Made by a program: the position numbers and the translations under genes. Positions 39,398 through 49,429 of a DNA stretch of 64,000 nucleotides are shown one piece after another. Each line of letters opens with the position of its first letter. The stretch's first letter is position 1. Source of the DNA: Bacteriovoracaceae bacterium (lineage in GTDB: Bacteria; Bdellovibrionota; Bacteriovoracia; Bacteriovoracales; Bacteriovoracaceae); NCBI GenBank assembly GCA_018649885.1, contig JABIHA010000086.1, positions 62,001-126,000 on the forward strand, written 5' to 3'. A model generated the notes under the pieces. The model was not told where the DNA came from. It saw only the letters and a list, made by a program, of their open reading frames with translations, and ran no database searches.

Positions 39398-40390
39398 CTA
39401 ATAAGGCTCAAGATCTATAACGACAATATTTGGAAATTGATTAGTAATTTGTTCTTCAAGTTCGTTAATAGCGCTACCAAGTGTTCTGATGGCACTATTT
39501 CTCACATCTGCGAGGGCCTTAGAGTCATTTTTCTTGATTTTTTCAAGGGTCCTTCTGAGATTTTTTTGATTTCCCAAGTGATGGCCATGAAACTCCACTT
39601 CAACAGAGAGTCTTACTTTTCCAGGTGCTAGGACTTCGGTAGTCATATGGAGAATTTCATCGACAAAGGAGTTTGTTAAAATGAATTTCTTGATTTTTTC
39701 TTGCTCTCTTCGGGGAAGTGCTGCTCCGACTATTAATGAGTAATTAAGTTTAAATAAAAATACCGCCATTAAAATCAGCATAGCTCCAATGATGAGAGCG
39801 GTAACAGCATCGGGAAGTATACTTTGGGTCTGATAGGAAATAGCAATTCCCAAAATTGCTACAAGGGAGCCAAATATTGCAATGCCATCTTCAAAAAGAA
39901 TGCCAATAATTGAAGGATCATCTGCCTCTTTCAAATAAAGGAAAAAACTTTTTTCTCCCTTGTTTTTCATTATGCCTCTATACGCACTCGAAAAGACGTA
40001 TCCTTCAATAACTATAGAGAGGCCAAGTACTACAAAAGAATAGATATTTAATTCGATTTTTTCGTGATGGCCTAGGTTCATCAGAGCATGAATGCCATGA
40101 TAGATTGTATATAGGGCTCCAATAAATATGCCCACTGAAGCAAGTAAATTAAAAACGTAGGCAGCTCTTCCTCTGCCCATAGGGTAGCGGTGGCAAGGTC
40201 CAATTTGGCCTTGTTTATTTCCGATCAAAATTAGGAATTGGTTAAATGTGTCACCACTTGTGTGAATCGTTTCAGCAAGCATTGAAGGACTTTTTGATAG
40301 TAAATAGCAGACAAACTTTGCAACTGCTAAGGCCAAATTTCCCATCAGTGAAATAAAAATAATTTTTCCAGATTCTTTTGTTGCTGACAT
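39398..40390 (-). CDS. Cation diffusion facilitator (CDF) transporter
   Basis: SPSMLAETIHTSGDTFNQ, YPMG.GR, LFEDG, C-terminal DLEP. Confidence 0.9.
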   Translation of the reverse strand: MSATKESGKIIFISLMGNLALAVAKFVCYLLSKSPSMLAETIHTSGDTFNQFLILIGNKQGQIGPCHRYPMGRGRAAYVFNLLASVGIFIGALYTIYHGIHALMNLGHHEKIELNIYSFVVLGLSIVIEGYVFSSAYRGIMKNKGEKSFFLYLKEADDPSIIGILFEDGIAIFGSLVAILGIAISYQTQSILPDAVTALIIGAMLILMAVFLFKLNYSLIVGAALPRREQEKIKKFILTNSFVDEILHMTTEVLAPGKVRLSVEVEFHGHHLGNQKNLRRTLEKIKKNDSKALADVRNSAIRTLGSAINELEEQITNQFPNIVVIDLEPY

Positions 40391-40432
40391 AACCCTTAAG
40401 ATAAACACAACAGGTCGTAATGGCAAACCAAT

Positions 40433-41719
40433 TTAGTGATCTAGGCTGGCCGGGAAGCGTCCTCTCCCAGCTTCTTTCCCAGAATCAATAAAGTTTTGGT
40501 GAGCAAAAAAGCCTTGTTTCTTCATAATCTCATTTTGAAGATTAGGATCAAAGCTTTCTTTGATTTGTCCGTGGTATATAAGGGATAGAAATTGGGTCCT
40601 AGTTAAAGGAACATTTTTCATCAAGGTTAATAAAATAGGAGAGCGAGCATTTTTACTCATGGCGGGACTGACCTTTAGCTGGAATTTATTTCCTGCACCT
40701 ACATTAACAAAACTATTTAAGTACATCCCAGGTGGCAGTCCATCACTTCCATCTTTAAGCAGTGTTCCTGGTTCAAACTGAAAAGTCAGCTTTCCTAATT
40801 TATAGCTTCCACCTTCAATTTTGATTTTTGCCCAGTTCATTTTTCTAGGGTGGTCCATATTTAAGTCTAGATTTAAATCATTAAATGGAAGATCAACTTT
40901 GAAGTAATCTTGTAGCGATAAATTAATTGCCTTGAGGGCAACCTTTTCTAGGTGAGGAACATCAACTTTTAAGGCCCCATCAAAAAAAGAAAAATTTCCT
41001 TGAAATTGTCCCTTCGAGTATAAGTAATCTGCTTCAAAGGACATTGGTGCCTTTAGCTTTTCAGTGAAGCTGGTCAAGTCAATCATTCCCGAAATAAGGC
41101 TACCGTGCCTATCTAGAGAGATTTGTTTTTTTAATTTAGGATGAGGTTGGGCCTTAAGATTGAAGATATTACTTTTGACTTGGATCAGTCCATAAGTGGC
41201 AAAGGCCTTATTGAAAACTAAGTTTGTCATGAGGATGTGATCTATTTTTACAGGCATGGGCATCTTCACAGATGTAACAAGGATATTTTCGAATTTTATC
41301 CTGTCAACAATTAGCTCTTTAATTAACCCTTCTTCAGTGCCGCCTTTTTTGGCCTTTGATTTCTTCTTTGAAGCTTTTGATTTTTTTGAGCTAGGACCTC
41401 CCAACTTCTTTATATTGAGAACGAGTTTTTTTACGGAAAGGTCATTGATATGCCAGGCCTTATTAACAAAAACTTCTTTGAGGCCAGCATAAGAATAGTT
41501 AGCATCGTACATTTCAAAGTCAACATCCGGGCTTTTGTATTTTATGGATTTAACGGAAATGCCTGAGTTGAGAGAACCGCTCATTCCCTGGACCTGAACT
41601 CCTGTCTTAGTCATTGCTGATTCGATCAGACCAAAGGGCGCAGAGGTAAAGAAGACGGCGTAGAAGCCTCCTGCAACCACTAATATGAACCCTACGACAA
41701 TCTTGCTAATAATATTCAA
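40433..41719 (-). CDS. Hypothetical membrane-anchored beta-rich protein (TamB/AsmA-like N-terminus)
   Basis: TM anchor then GMSGSLNSGISVKSIKY; TTG start after GGGG. Confidence 0.55.
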   Translation of the reverse strand: MNIISKIVVGFILVVAGGFYAVFFTSAPFGLIESAMTKTGVQVQGMSGSLNSGISVKSIKYKSPDVDFEMYDANYSYAGLKEVFVNKAWHINDLSVKKLVLNIKKLGGPSSKKSKASKKKSKAKKGGTEEGLIKELIVDRIKFENILVTSVKMPMPVKIDHILMTNLVFNKAFATYGLIQVKSNIFNLKAQPHPKLKKQISLDRHGSLISGMIDLTSFTEKLKAPMSFEADYLYSKGQFQGNFSFFDGALKVDVPHLEKVALKAINLSLQDYFKVDLPFNDLNLDLNMDHPRKMNWAKIKIEGGSYKLGKLTFQFEPGTLLKDGSDGLPPGMYLNSFVNVGAGNKFQLKVSPAMSKNARSPILLTLMKNVPLTRTQFLSLIYHGQIKESFDPNLQNEIMKKQGFFAHQNFIDSGKEAGRGRFPASLDH

Positions 41720-42003
41720 AGTATTGATCCCCTTTTGAAGAATCGCCTGGTGGGCCAAAGTGGCACAAAAACTTATCGGAAGACTCGGGTATTAAATTGA
41801 ATTTCTGAAAGTAGCTCTATAACTAGCCTTAATCACAAAGCAAACTAGTCGGAATTTTCCGTATTTGGGAATTTGGGGTTTTTTAGATAAAATAACTTTA
41901 GTATGAGAGTTTTTGTCGATATTACAAAAATTCTAATTCCCTGTATGCGGACGATTTACTCCGTCAAACTTCCATACCCTAAATTAAGAAAAGGATTCAA
42001 ATC

Positions 42004-42519
42004 ATGCGAACCTTAGTCCTCGACAACTCCTTTTATCCTGTAAGTATTGTCAACTGGCAAAAGGCCATGATTCTGTTAGTGACAGGAAGAGCGACAGTGG
42101 TGAAAAGTTATGAAGAAGTATTTATCAGATCCATAAGAGATGAATACAACCTCCCACAAATTTTAAAACTGATGGGTACCTTTAAAAGACATATTGAGGT
42201 GAAGTTTTCAAGGTTTAATGTCTACTGGAGAGATAAGTGGACCTGCCAATATTGTAATGAAAGATATCCCAAAGACCAGCTCACTTTCGATCATGTTATG
42301 CCTCGCTGTAGGGGAGGAGAAACTGATTGGTCTAATGTAGTCACCTGTTGTAAGGATTGCAATTGCAAAAAAGGGGGAAGACTTCTAAAGGACACCAACT
42401 TCAAATTAAAAAAAGAGCCCAAAAAACCTCGCTGGGTCCCTCAGATGCATCTGAGGATAACCGAAGATGACCCCGAAGATTGGACACACTGGATTCCCGA
42501 AAAGCTTTATGCTTGTTAG
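42004..42519 (+). CDS. HNH endonuclease (McrA-like standalone family)
   Basis: RDKWTCQYC, LTFDHVMPRCRGG..WSNVVTCCKDCNCKK. Confidence 0.9.
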   Translation: MRTLVLDNSFYPVSIVNWQKAMILLVTGRATVVKSYEEVFIRSIRDEYNLPQILKLMGTFKRHIEVKFSRFNVYWRDKWTCQYCNERYPKDQLTFDHVMPRCRGGETDWSNVVTCCKDCNCKKGGRLLKDTNFKLKKEPKKPRWVPQMHLRITEDDPEDWTHWIPEKLYAC

Positions 42520-42573
42520 CTAGCTTTATATATTAGCACTGCCCTCATGTTTTTTTCCTTTTCTTTTTCCTTT

Positions 42574-42648
42574 GACTTGGACTTGGACTTGGACTTGCCC
42601 ACCCAGCAAATATTTTAATTTGCCCACCCAGCAAATATTTTAATTTGC
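42574..42648. repeat. (GACTTG)4 microsatellite followed by a 25-bp tandem duplication
   Basis: GACTTG x4 at 42574-42597; TTGCCCACCCAGCAAATATTTTAAT x2 at 42595-42644. Confidence 0.9.
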
Positions 42649-42752
42649 AGACCATTTTAATTAAACTATTCCTTTCAAAAAGAATCTTGCAACACACCCA
42701 CACCGTGAGGTCAAGGCCAGGTCCAAGGAAAAAAAAGCATAAAAAAAAGAAA

Positions 42753-43631
42753 TTAAAGAAGTTTTTTAACTTCCCCATAAATAGCAGAAATAGGAAAACT
42801 CATATTGTTACTACAGCTCCCATCAGTACAATCTTTTTCCACAGCACAACGATGTTCACTATCATAATCAAAATCAAACGGCCCATGGGAAACAATACCC
42901 AGTACCTTGTGAGTTCTTTGTGCAATTAAGGGGGAACCTGAGTTTCCAGCAAATAGGTCTAATCCGGTACTAATAAGCCCATCTTTTTCTATTTTAATGA
43001 GAATATCTGGTTCGGTGATTTTCATAGGTGTTCCCAGTGGATGACCCATGACAAATACATCTTTGCCCTTTTGCTTGTACGGTTTTTTATCAATACTAAA
43101 GATATGCCTATTTTTTACTCTTTGCTTGAGCTTTAAAACAGCGTAGTCAAAAGGGCGATTATGTTTATGTAAAACTACTTTTTCACACTCTACATTGACT
43201 ATACTCGCACTTTTACTTTCTTCTTGAACCACCCTTTGATAGAAATCAAATACTATAGCATGGTCACTACAAAACTGTTCGATGTCATCAATGCAATGGC
43301 CAGCAGTCATTAAAAGGTTTTCACCTACTAAAAAACCTGTGCAGTTATCAGGAGCACTAAGTTGATCTTTAAGTCGAAAGTTACCGCAGACTGGAGGATG
43401 TTGTTTCATGTGGTTACTTGTAGGAAATCTTCTATCGTCAATTTGAGTTAATTTTAATAGCTGTTCGACAGTCCTACTTTTATTAACAATCAAGGCCACG
43501 CCTGTTGCCAATTCAAGTATCTCATCCGTACTAGTATTTTTATCGACATTTTGAATTGGTGAATCATTCACAGAGAATGAGACTCCATATCCATCCGATA
43601 TGGCGAGTAACATAAATAAAATTTTTAACAT
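42753..43631 (-). CDS. Secreted trypsin-like serine protease (S1)
   Basis: CTGFLV, TAGHC, DYA, GNSGSP. Confidence 0.9.
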   Translation of the reverse strand: MLKILFMLLAISDGYGVSFSVNDSPIQNVDKNTSTDEILELATGVALIVNKSRTVEQLLKLTQIDDRRFPTSNHMKQHPPVCGNFRLKDQLSAPDNCTGFLVGENLLMTAGHCIDDIEQFCSDHAIVFDFYQRVVQEESKSASIVNVECEKVVLHKHNRPFDYAVLKLKQRVKNRHIFSIDKKPYKQKGKDVFVMGHPLGTPMKITEPDILIKIEKDGLISTGLDLFAGNSGSPLIAQRTHKVLGIVSHGPFDFDYDSEHRCAVEKDCTDGSCSNNMSFPISAIYGEVKKLL

Positions 43632-43656
43632 CCTCTCTCCCCAGAGAAGCTTAAGC

Positions 43657-44808
43657 CTACTTTTTAAGCTGTGATTTCTTTATATGGCCTAAACCATAAA
43701 TATACTTTGAGTTGCGTTTATTTATCGCCACTCTTTTTCCGCTATTTCCCTCAATAGTCCAAAATTTATCTTGGGCCTGGTCATAGGCAAGAAACATTCC
43801 TGTATGGTTTTTCTTACCATTGTCATTGGTATCCATCGCTAGCCAATCTGCTCTTTCAGCTTTTTCAACAATAAGTCCATAATCTTGGTAGAAATTTTTT
43901 CCAAAGTAGCGTTTAAGAGCAGAGGTATTAGATTTTTTACCAATTTTTTTCATTCTAGTAGCTGCATTCCAAGAGTAAAACTCAGAGCACCAAGCTTCAT
44001 TATAGGTGGCACCATACTTTGTACCAAAAGGCTGTACACGACTACCTTGACCTACAAGCCCATTTTGTTGATTGGAGTACTCTTTAAAAGCACTTAAAAG
44101 AATTTCGGATCTGGCCTGGTCAACTTTTCCCAAGTCTCCTCTTGTAGTTGTGTAATACCAATTTTTTCCAGCAGGTCTTATTGTCTTTGTTCTTCTGGCA
44201 AGCTGCTTGTGGAATGAGACTCGAGCTCTGTAGACACTATCACTTTGAAGATTTGCAAGACGAAGAGTTACCAGGTGCTCTTCGCCTCTTACTTCTGATT
44301 CAAAGGCGTCAGGGCCAATGAGGATTAGCTCAGATTGGTGTTTTTCGCTCAGACCTAATTTTTGATAAGTGATTTTGGCCGAAATTTTCCCTGCGATTAT
44401 TTGGGCCTTTAGAATTTTGTCATTAATTGCTACAGAGATATTAAATCCATTTTGAGAATTATTAAATCCATTTGTTGAGTACGCATAGCTTGTTTCATCT
44501 TTTTCGCCATTGCAGTTGTCATCTTTTTTGTTAAAGGGAACTTCTGAGCGGTAGGGGTGTATCTCTTTATTTTTGTCATTACAGTCACCCTTACTGATGA
44601 CATATCCTTTTGGACATGAATATCGATTTGCGATGAGAACATTAAATGATTTTGGAATGGCACCTCTAGCGGCGTAACCATCGCCGTCGCGATCAAATGA
44701 TTTGATATTGTAGCATTTAAGATTTTTAGTAAGTGCACTTGCGAAAGTTAAATTTGAGCCAAGTAAAAGTAATAGTAGTACAACACAACTTTGAGTTTTA
44801 ATATCCAC
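43657..44808 (-). CDS. Secreted protein: MopE-like metal-binding repeat plus C-terminal CHAP domain
   Basis: DRDGDGY..GDCND....HP...E.....DDNCNG; AWCSEF, HTGM, TIEGNS. Confidence 0.75.
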   Translation of the reverse strand: MDIKTQSCVVLLLLLLGSNLTFASALTKNLKCYNIKSFDRDGDGYAARGAIPKSFNVLIANRYSCPKGYVISKGDCNDKNKEIHPYRSEVPFNKKDDNCNGEKDETSYAYSTNGFNNSQNGFNISVAINDKILKAQIIAGKISAKITYQKLGLSEKHQSELILIGPDAFESEVRGEEHLVTLRLANLQSDSVYRARVSFHKQLARRTKTIRPAGKNWYYTTTRGDLGKVDQARSEILLSAFKEYSNQQNGLVGQGSRVQPFGTKYGATYNEAWCSEFYSWNAATRMKKIGKKSNTSALKRYFGKNFYQDYGLIVEKAERADWLAMDTNDNGKKNHTGMFLAYDQAQDKFWTIEGNSGKRVAINKRNSKYIYGLGHIKKSQLKK

Positions 44809-45009
44809 TCCAAACCCCCTAATGTAGAAAGAAAATCCGGTGGCCCTAGATAACCACAAGTCACTTTCAAAGCCACTTTAATAGCAAAATGGTGTAAGAT
44901 GGGTAAAATAGTTCAAAAGGTGTAAAATTTCTAAACTTTGCTTGCTTTGAAAGGCCAAATTTGGGAAATTACAATCTATAACCTATTATTTTTATGATTG
45001 GAGGAAGAG

Positions 45010-45693
45010 TTGGGCTCAACAATACAAAGGTGTACAGCTGAATTCATAGGCACATTTTTTCTCGTTTTCTTTGGTTGTGGAGCTGCCATTATGTCACAGC
45101 AGACTCCCGCGCTTATTGATCCGGTTGCCATTCCCTTTGTTTTTGGTGGTACCGTTGCCATTATGATCTACGCAGTTGGGCATATTTCTGGAGCTCATTT
45201 TAATCCTGCAGTTACCTTGGCCTTTGTTTTTGCCAAGAAATTTAAAGTATCAATGCTCGGTCCTTATTGGATCTCTCAAATTGCTGGCGCACTTTTAGCT
45301 TCGGCACTTCACTCTTATTTGTGGAAAAGTGGAGTTCATAATTTTGGGATGACGACTTATTCAATTGGTCTGCCAAGTGTCATGATTTTTGAATTCATCT
45401 TAAGCTTTGCACTAATGTTTGTGATCATTAGTGTGGCAACTGATTCAAGGGCCGTTGGCGAGCTTGCAGGACTTGCCATTGGAATGTGTGTGGCCTTATG
45501 TGCTTTTGTTGGAGGTCCTCTAACTGGTGCATCCATGAATCCCGCTAGGTCACTGGCCCCCGCTGTCATTGCCGGAGATCTATCTCAGATTGCTCTATAT
45601 CTAATTGTGCCACTCCTTGGGACCTGCTTTGCGGCCTTCACTTATGAGAAAATTAAATGTCATAATGGGGAAGATTCTAAGGCGTGTTGCTAA
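45010..45693 (+). CDS. MIP/aquaporin family channel
   Basis: AEFIGTF, SGAHFNPAVT, GASMNPARS; TTG after GGAGG. Confidence 0.95.
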   Translation: MGSTIQRCTAEFIGTFFLVFFGCGAAIMSQQTPALIDPVAIPFVFGGTVAIMIYAVGHISGAHFNPAVTLAFVFAKKFKVSMLGPYWISQIAGALLASALHSYLWKSGVHNFGMTTYSIGLPSVMIFEFILSFALMFVIISVATDSRAVGELAGLAIGMCVALCAFVGGPLTGASMNPARSLAPAVIAGDLSQIALYLIVPLLGTCFAAFTYEKIKCHNGEDSKACC

Positions 45694-47158
45694 TAGGACA
45701 AATAACATCAAGTCCTTCGATCTGCGCTCTGTAAGCGGTGTCTAGTGCTGCTTCAAGATTGAGAACTCCAGAGCTAACAACCTTATCTCTCATATTCTCT
45801 TGAACCGTAACACTACAAAGGATGATCCTTTTAAGATCTGAAGGAGAGTTATGTGGATAGAGAAAGAGAATCTCGGCGGCTGCATTGGCCACTAGTGGAG
45901 AAGAAAATGATGTACCTGTGAAATGATCTCTTCCACCGGCCTTAACACTCACTTCAACTTCAACTCCAGGAGCTGCTAAATCAACTAATGTGACGCTATA
46001 GTTTGATTTAAAGTGGCTAGTATCGTTGTCTTCAGTTATTAAGTATTGGTCTAACCATATGCCATCATTACCTACAGCAGCTACTGTAATCAAATTATCG
46101 TATTGCAGTGATGCCGGGTAAAAAGGAGCATTATTTATATCGACTCCTTCATTTCCCGCTGATACCACAAATAAAATATCAGGATATTTCTCGATAATTT
46201 GAATAAAGTGTTCACGGTAAGTTTCTTCTCGATAGCCACTACTTATATTGATAACTTTGACATCATGTTCATTAAAAAATTCAAAAATTTCTAGATTGTA
46301 GCTTTTATGAATTTCTTCAGGACCTTCCATAACATAGGTCTTGGCTGGATATATTAGAGTATGATCACCTTTGCCGAGTACGCTGGATACAGCGGTCCCA
46401 TGTTCAATAATTACTGCAGAAAAACCATCAAACCTTATGCCCCAATCGTAGGGAAGATTATTCCCATCTGTGGTATCGAGACCAATTAGTTGCTGATTAT
46501 CATCTCTTGCAAATTTGTAGGCAATATCGTGATGATTGTAATTGACTCCAATATCAAATACTCCCACTTTGACTCTATCATTAGGAGTAGAGCTGTTAAT
46601 TTGTTCCAACTCTTCTTCAGTATATATTTCTTCTAAGGGGAGGAGCTCTACTTGGTACTCAAGGAAGTGCTTTGTCTTACCTATGGTGGCATTTACGTAA
46701 TATTTCATTTCAGTAGTGAAGATGTCTTGGTAGTGAATGTGTTCGACTGAAAATAGTTTTTTATTTTTAAGACGAATTTTAGATTCATTTTTTTTCTTTA
46801 ATGCTCTTATACTGAAGGAGATATCATCTTCATCAACAGTGCTGCTTGCTTTGAATTGAAAAGTAATGCCATGATCTTCCCAGCTAATTCTACCAAAATC
46901 CTCTTTAGATGATTCCTCAATTTCTACATCAAAACTTTCATCTAGTAATGGAACACAGTTTGTTGTGAGAAAAGACGTCATAGAGCCTTTTTGGTAATGA
47001 TCTTGGTAATTTTTAACACACGAAAAAATGGGGTATTGAGAAATGACAGCTTCAAGATATATTTCAAGATCAGCTTCACTTGTAGGACTCTCTTGCGCCT
47101 GAATACTTGCGCTAAAGATCAGTGTGAAAATGAAAATACTGAGTATTGTTTGTTTCAT
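45677..47158 (-). CDS. Secreted subtilisin-like serine protease (S8)
   Basis: VFDIGV, HGTAV, SAGNEG, GTSFSSP. Confidence 0.9.
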   Translation of the reverse strand: MKQTILSIFIFTLIFSASIQAQESPTSEADLEIYLEAVISQYPIFSCVKNYQDHYQKGSMTSFLTTNCVPLLDESFDVEIEESSKEDFGRISWEDHGITFQFKASSTVDEDDISFSIRALKKKNESKIRLKNKKLFSVEHIHYQDIFTTEMKYYVNATIGKTKHFLEYQVELLPLEEIYTEEELEQINSSTPNDRVKVGVFDIGVNYNHHDIAYKFARDDNQQLIGLDTTDGNNLPYDWGIRFDGFSAVIIEHGTAVSSVLGKGDHTLIYPAKTYVMEGPEEIHKSYNLEIFEFFNEHDVKVINISSGYREETYREHFIQIIEKYPDILFVVSAGNEGVDINNAPFYPASLQYDNLITVAAVGNDGIWLDQYLITEDNDTSHFKSNYSVTLVDLAAPGVEVEVSVKAGGRDHFTGTSFSSPLVANAAAEILFLYPHNSPSDLKRIILCSVTVQENMRDKVVSSGVLNLEAALDTAYRAQIEGLDVICPISNTP

Positions 47159-47322
47159 ATAATTTTATTATGAAGCAACCAGTGGAAAACATGAGATTGA
47201 TTGTAAAATTAACCACCGTGGCCATATTTTAGGCAGTTAAAAAAGTCGTAATTATAAGCATTTAGCGCAATGCCCCCTCAAAAAGATATTTTTAATTTAA
47301 TGAGATAAATCGCAGCAGTGAG

Positions 47323-47340
47323 CTTTACGTTTACGTTAAC
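47323..47340 (+). promoter_or_regulatory. LiuR operator
   Basis: CTTTACGTTTACGTTAAC has one mismatch to the LiuR consensus sTTTACGTwwACGTAAAs and lies upstream of a LiuR-like gene. Confidence 0.75.
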
Positions 47341-47392
47341 TTCCAGTTAAAATTTTAGCTCTACAATGGTTTTACATTTTGGGGGGTGAATA

Positions 47393-47806
47393 TTGGAAGA
47401 AGGAACTTTCAGTATTTCCGAGTTAGCTAGTCAGTTTAATATTACTACTCGTACTATCAGATACTACGAAGAGAAGGGTCTTCTTGATCCTACTCGCAGT
47501 GATACCAATTATAGAATCTATACATCAAGCGACAAAACAAGATTGCGCCTCATTGTAAGAGGAAAAAGGTTTGGTTTAAGCCTTGAAGAGATTTCTCAAA
47601 TCTTAGGTCCGTCAGAGTTTGAAAATTCAGAAGTTGAGCAATTAAAAGCGGCCATTGAATATGGTGAGAAATATTTAGTACGTATGAGAGACAATATTAA
47701 CGAGCTGAGAGCTCTTGAAGCTGATCTTATTAAGTACGGGCTAGGGTGCGTTGAACGTCTTAGTCAGTTGGGTGAAAAAACAGAATTTAAGGCACTCATC
47801 CATTAA
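47393..47806 (+). CDS. liuR: MerR-family regulator, LiuR-like
   Basis: FSISELASQFNITTRTIRYYEEKGLL..RLRLIVRGKRFGLSLEEI. Confidence 0.75.
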   Translation: MEEGTFSISELASQFNITTRTIRYYEEKGLLDPTRSDTNYRIYTSSDKTRLRLIVRGKRFGLSLEEISQILGPSEFENSEVEQLKAAIEYGEKYLVRMRDNINELRALEADLIKYGLGCVERLSQLGEKTEFKALIH

Positions 47807-47821
47807 GGGTGGGGGGGGAAA

Positions 47822-49426
47822 ATGAAAGTTATAGAGAGTCAATTTAATCTAAGTGCACCCAGTACTGTGGAAAACTATCAAAAGATGATGGCCTTGTGTG
47901 ACCAGTTAGCAGGAGAGCTAGAGAAGTCTCGCTACGAAGGTCCTGAAAAATATGTCACTAGACATCGTGATCGCGGAAAGCTACTTGCCAGACAAAGGGT
48001 CCAGCTTCTTTTGGACCGTGGCTCTCCCTTTTTGGAGTTAATGCCACTAGCTGGTTGGGGCAGAGATGATGTCAGTGTTGGAGGCTCATTAGTTATTGGA
48101 ATGGGGATGGTTAAAGGCGTACTGTGTATGGTCAATGCCAATATTCCCACAGTAAAAGGTGGGGCCCTCAATGAAGTAAGCGTTCAGAAATCTCGCAGAA
48201 TGGATGAGATTGCTCTGGAAAATCGAATTCCCGTTATTTATCTCACTGAATCCGCTGGTGCTGACCTCAATCACCAGGCCCAAATTTTTAACTACGGTGG
48301 AAGGGCCTTTAGGGAGATTACAAGAAGATCAAAAAAAGGTATTCCCAGTATCACCATTGTTTTTGGCAGCTCTACTGCTGGAGGAGCTTATATCCCCGGC
48401 ATGTCTGATTACGTAGTTATGGTTAAAGAACAGGCCAAGACTTATTTGGCGGGTCCACCTCTTGTAAAGATGGCACTTGGTGAAGATGTTGACGATGAAA
48501 CTCTTGGTGGTGCGAGTATGCACGCTAAAACCTCGGGTCTTGCTGATTATATAGCAGATGATGAAAAGCATGCCCTATGTATCGCAAGAGATATTGTTTC
48601 CAATCTCAACTTAAAAATAAGTAGAAATACTCATGAGTTTGAAGAGCCTCGTTACCCAGCAGAAGATTTACTAAGCATTGTCTCAAGTGATGTTAAAATT
48701 CCATTTGATCCTAGAGAAGTTATCGCCAGGCTTGTGGACGATTCAAAATTTTCTGAATTTAAACCGCTTTACGGTGAAACTCTTATTACAGGTTTTGCTA
48801 AAATTTATGGCCATCAAGTTGGCATATTAACAAATAGTGGAGTGATATTTTCAGAATCATCTAATAAAGCAGCTCATTTTATCCAGCTTTGTAATAAACA
48901 AGGCACGCCTTTATTATTTCTTCAAAATATTACGGGCTTTATGGTGGGAAAAGACGCCGAGTCTGGAGGCATTATAAAAAATGGTGCCAAACTTATTAAT
49001 GCCGTAAGTAATGCAGAGGTTCCAGCTATCACTATATTAATGGGTAGCTCTTACGGTGCCGGCAATTACGGCATGTGTGGAAGGGCCTACGACCCTAGAT
49101 TTTTATTTTCTTGGCCCAACTCCAAATTAGCAGTGATGGGTGCCGAGCAACTGACCGGTGTGATGGAGATTATCCAAGAACAAAAATCCAAAGGGCAGGG
49201 AGTAAGCGTTAAAGGCCTTCTTGATAAAGGTAAAATGAAGCTTATCAAAGAAGGGCTTAGGAAAAAAATTGAACAAGAGTCCAGTGCCTATTACGGCAGT
49301 TCTCGAGTATGGGATGATGGGATTATAGATCCAAGAGACACCAGAAAAGTCTTGTCCCTCTGCCTTACAGCAATAAATCAAATTCCCCAGACTCACGAAG
49401 GTGAGTGGGGTGTTTTTAGGATGTAG
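47822..49426 (+). CDS. Acyl-CoA carboxylase carboxyltransferase subunit (AtuC/AccD2-like)
   Basis: PTVKGG, ESAGADL, FGSSTAGGAYIPGMSD, LAGPPLVK, WDDGIIDPRDTR. Confidence 0.88.
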   Translation: MKVIESQFNLSAPSTVENYQKMMALCDQLAGELEKSRYEGPEKYVTRHRDRGKLLARQRVQLLLDRGSPFLELMPLAGWGRDDVSVGGSLVIGMGMVKGVLCMVNANIPTVKGGALNEVSVQKSRRMDEIALENRIPVIYLTESAGADLNHQAQIFNYGGRAFREITRRSKKGIPSITIVFGSSTAGGAYIPGMSDYVVMVKEQAKTYLAGPPLVKMALGEDVDDETLGGASMHAKTSGLADYIADDEKHALCIARDIVSNLNLKISRNTHEFEEPRYPAEDLLSIVSSDVKIPFDPREVIARLVDDSKFSEFKPLYGETLITGFAKIYGHQVGILTNSGVIFSESSNKAAHFIQLCNKQGTPLLFLQNITGFMVGKDAESGGIIKNGAKLINAVSNAEVPAITILMGSSYGAGNYGMCGRAYDPRFLFSWPNSKLAVMGAEQLTGVMEIIQEQKSKGQGVSVKGLLDKGKMKLIKEGLRKKIEQESSAYYGSSRVWDDGIIDPRDTRKVLSLCLTAINQIPQTHEGEWGVFRM

Positions 49427-49429
49427 ACC

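Noticed and set aside
42595..42648. 25-bp repeats as a CRISPR array
   Set aside because: The copies are directly adjacent with no spacers, there are only two full copies, and no cas genes are present.
42545..42929. Short ORFs 42545-42778 (-) and 42645-42929 (+)
   Set aside because: They are translations of the repeat/homopolymer tract and overlap the protease gene.
47811..47818. G8 tract as a phase-variation switch
   Set aside because: It is short, intergenic and doubles as the RBS; other genes here also have G-rich RBSs.
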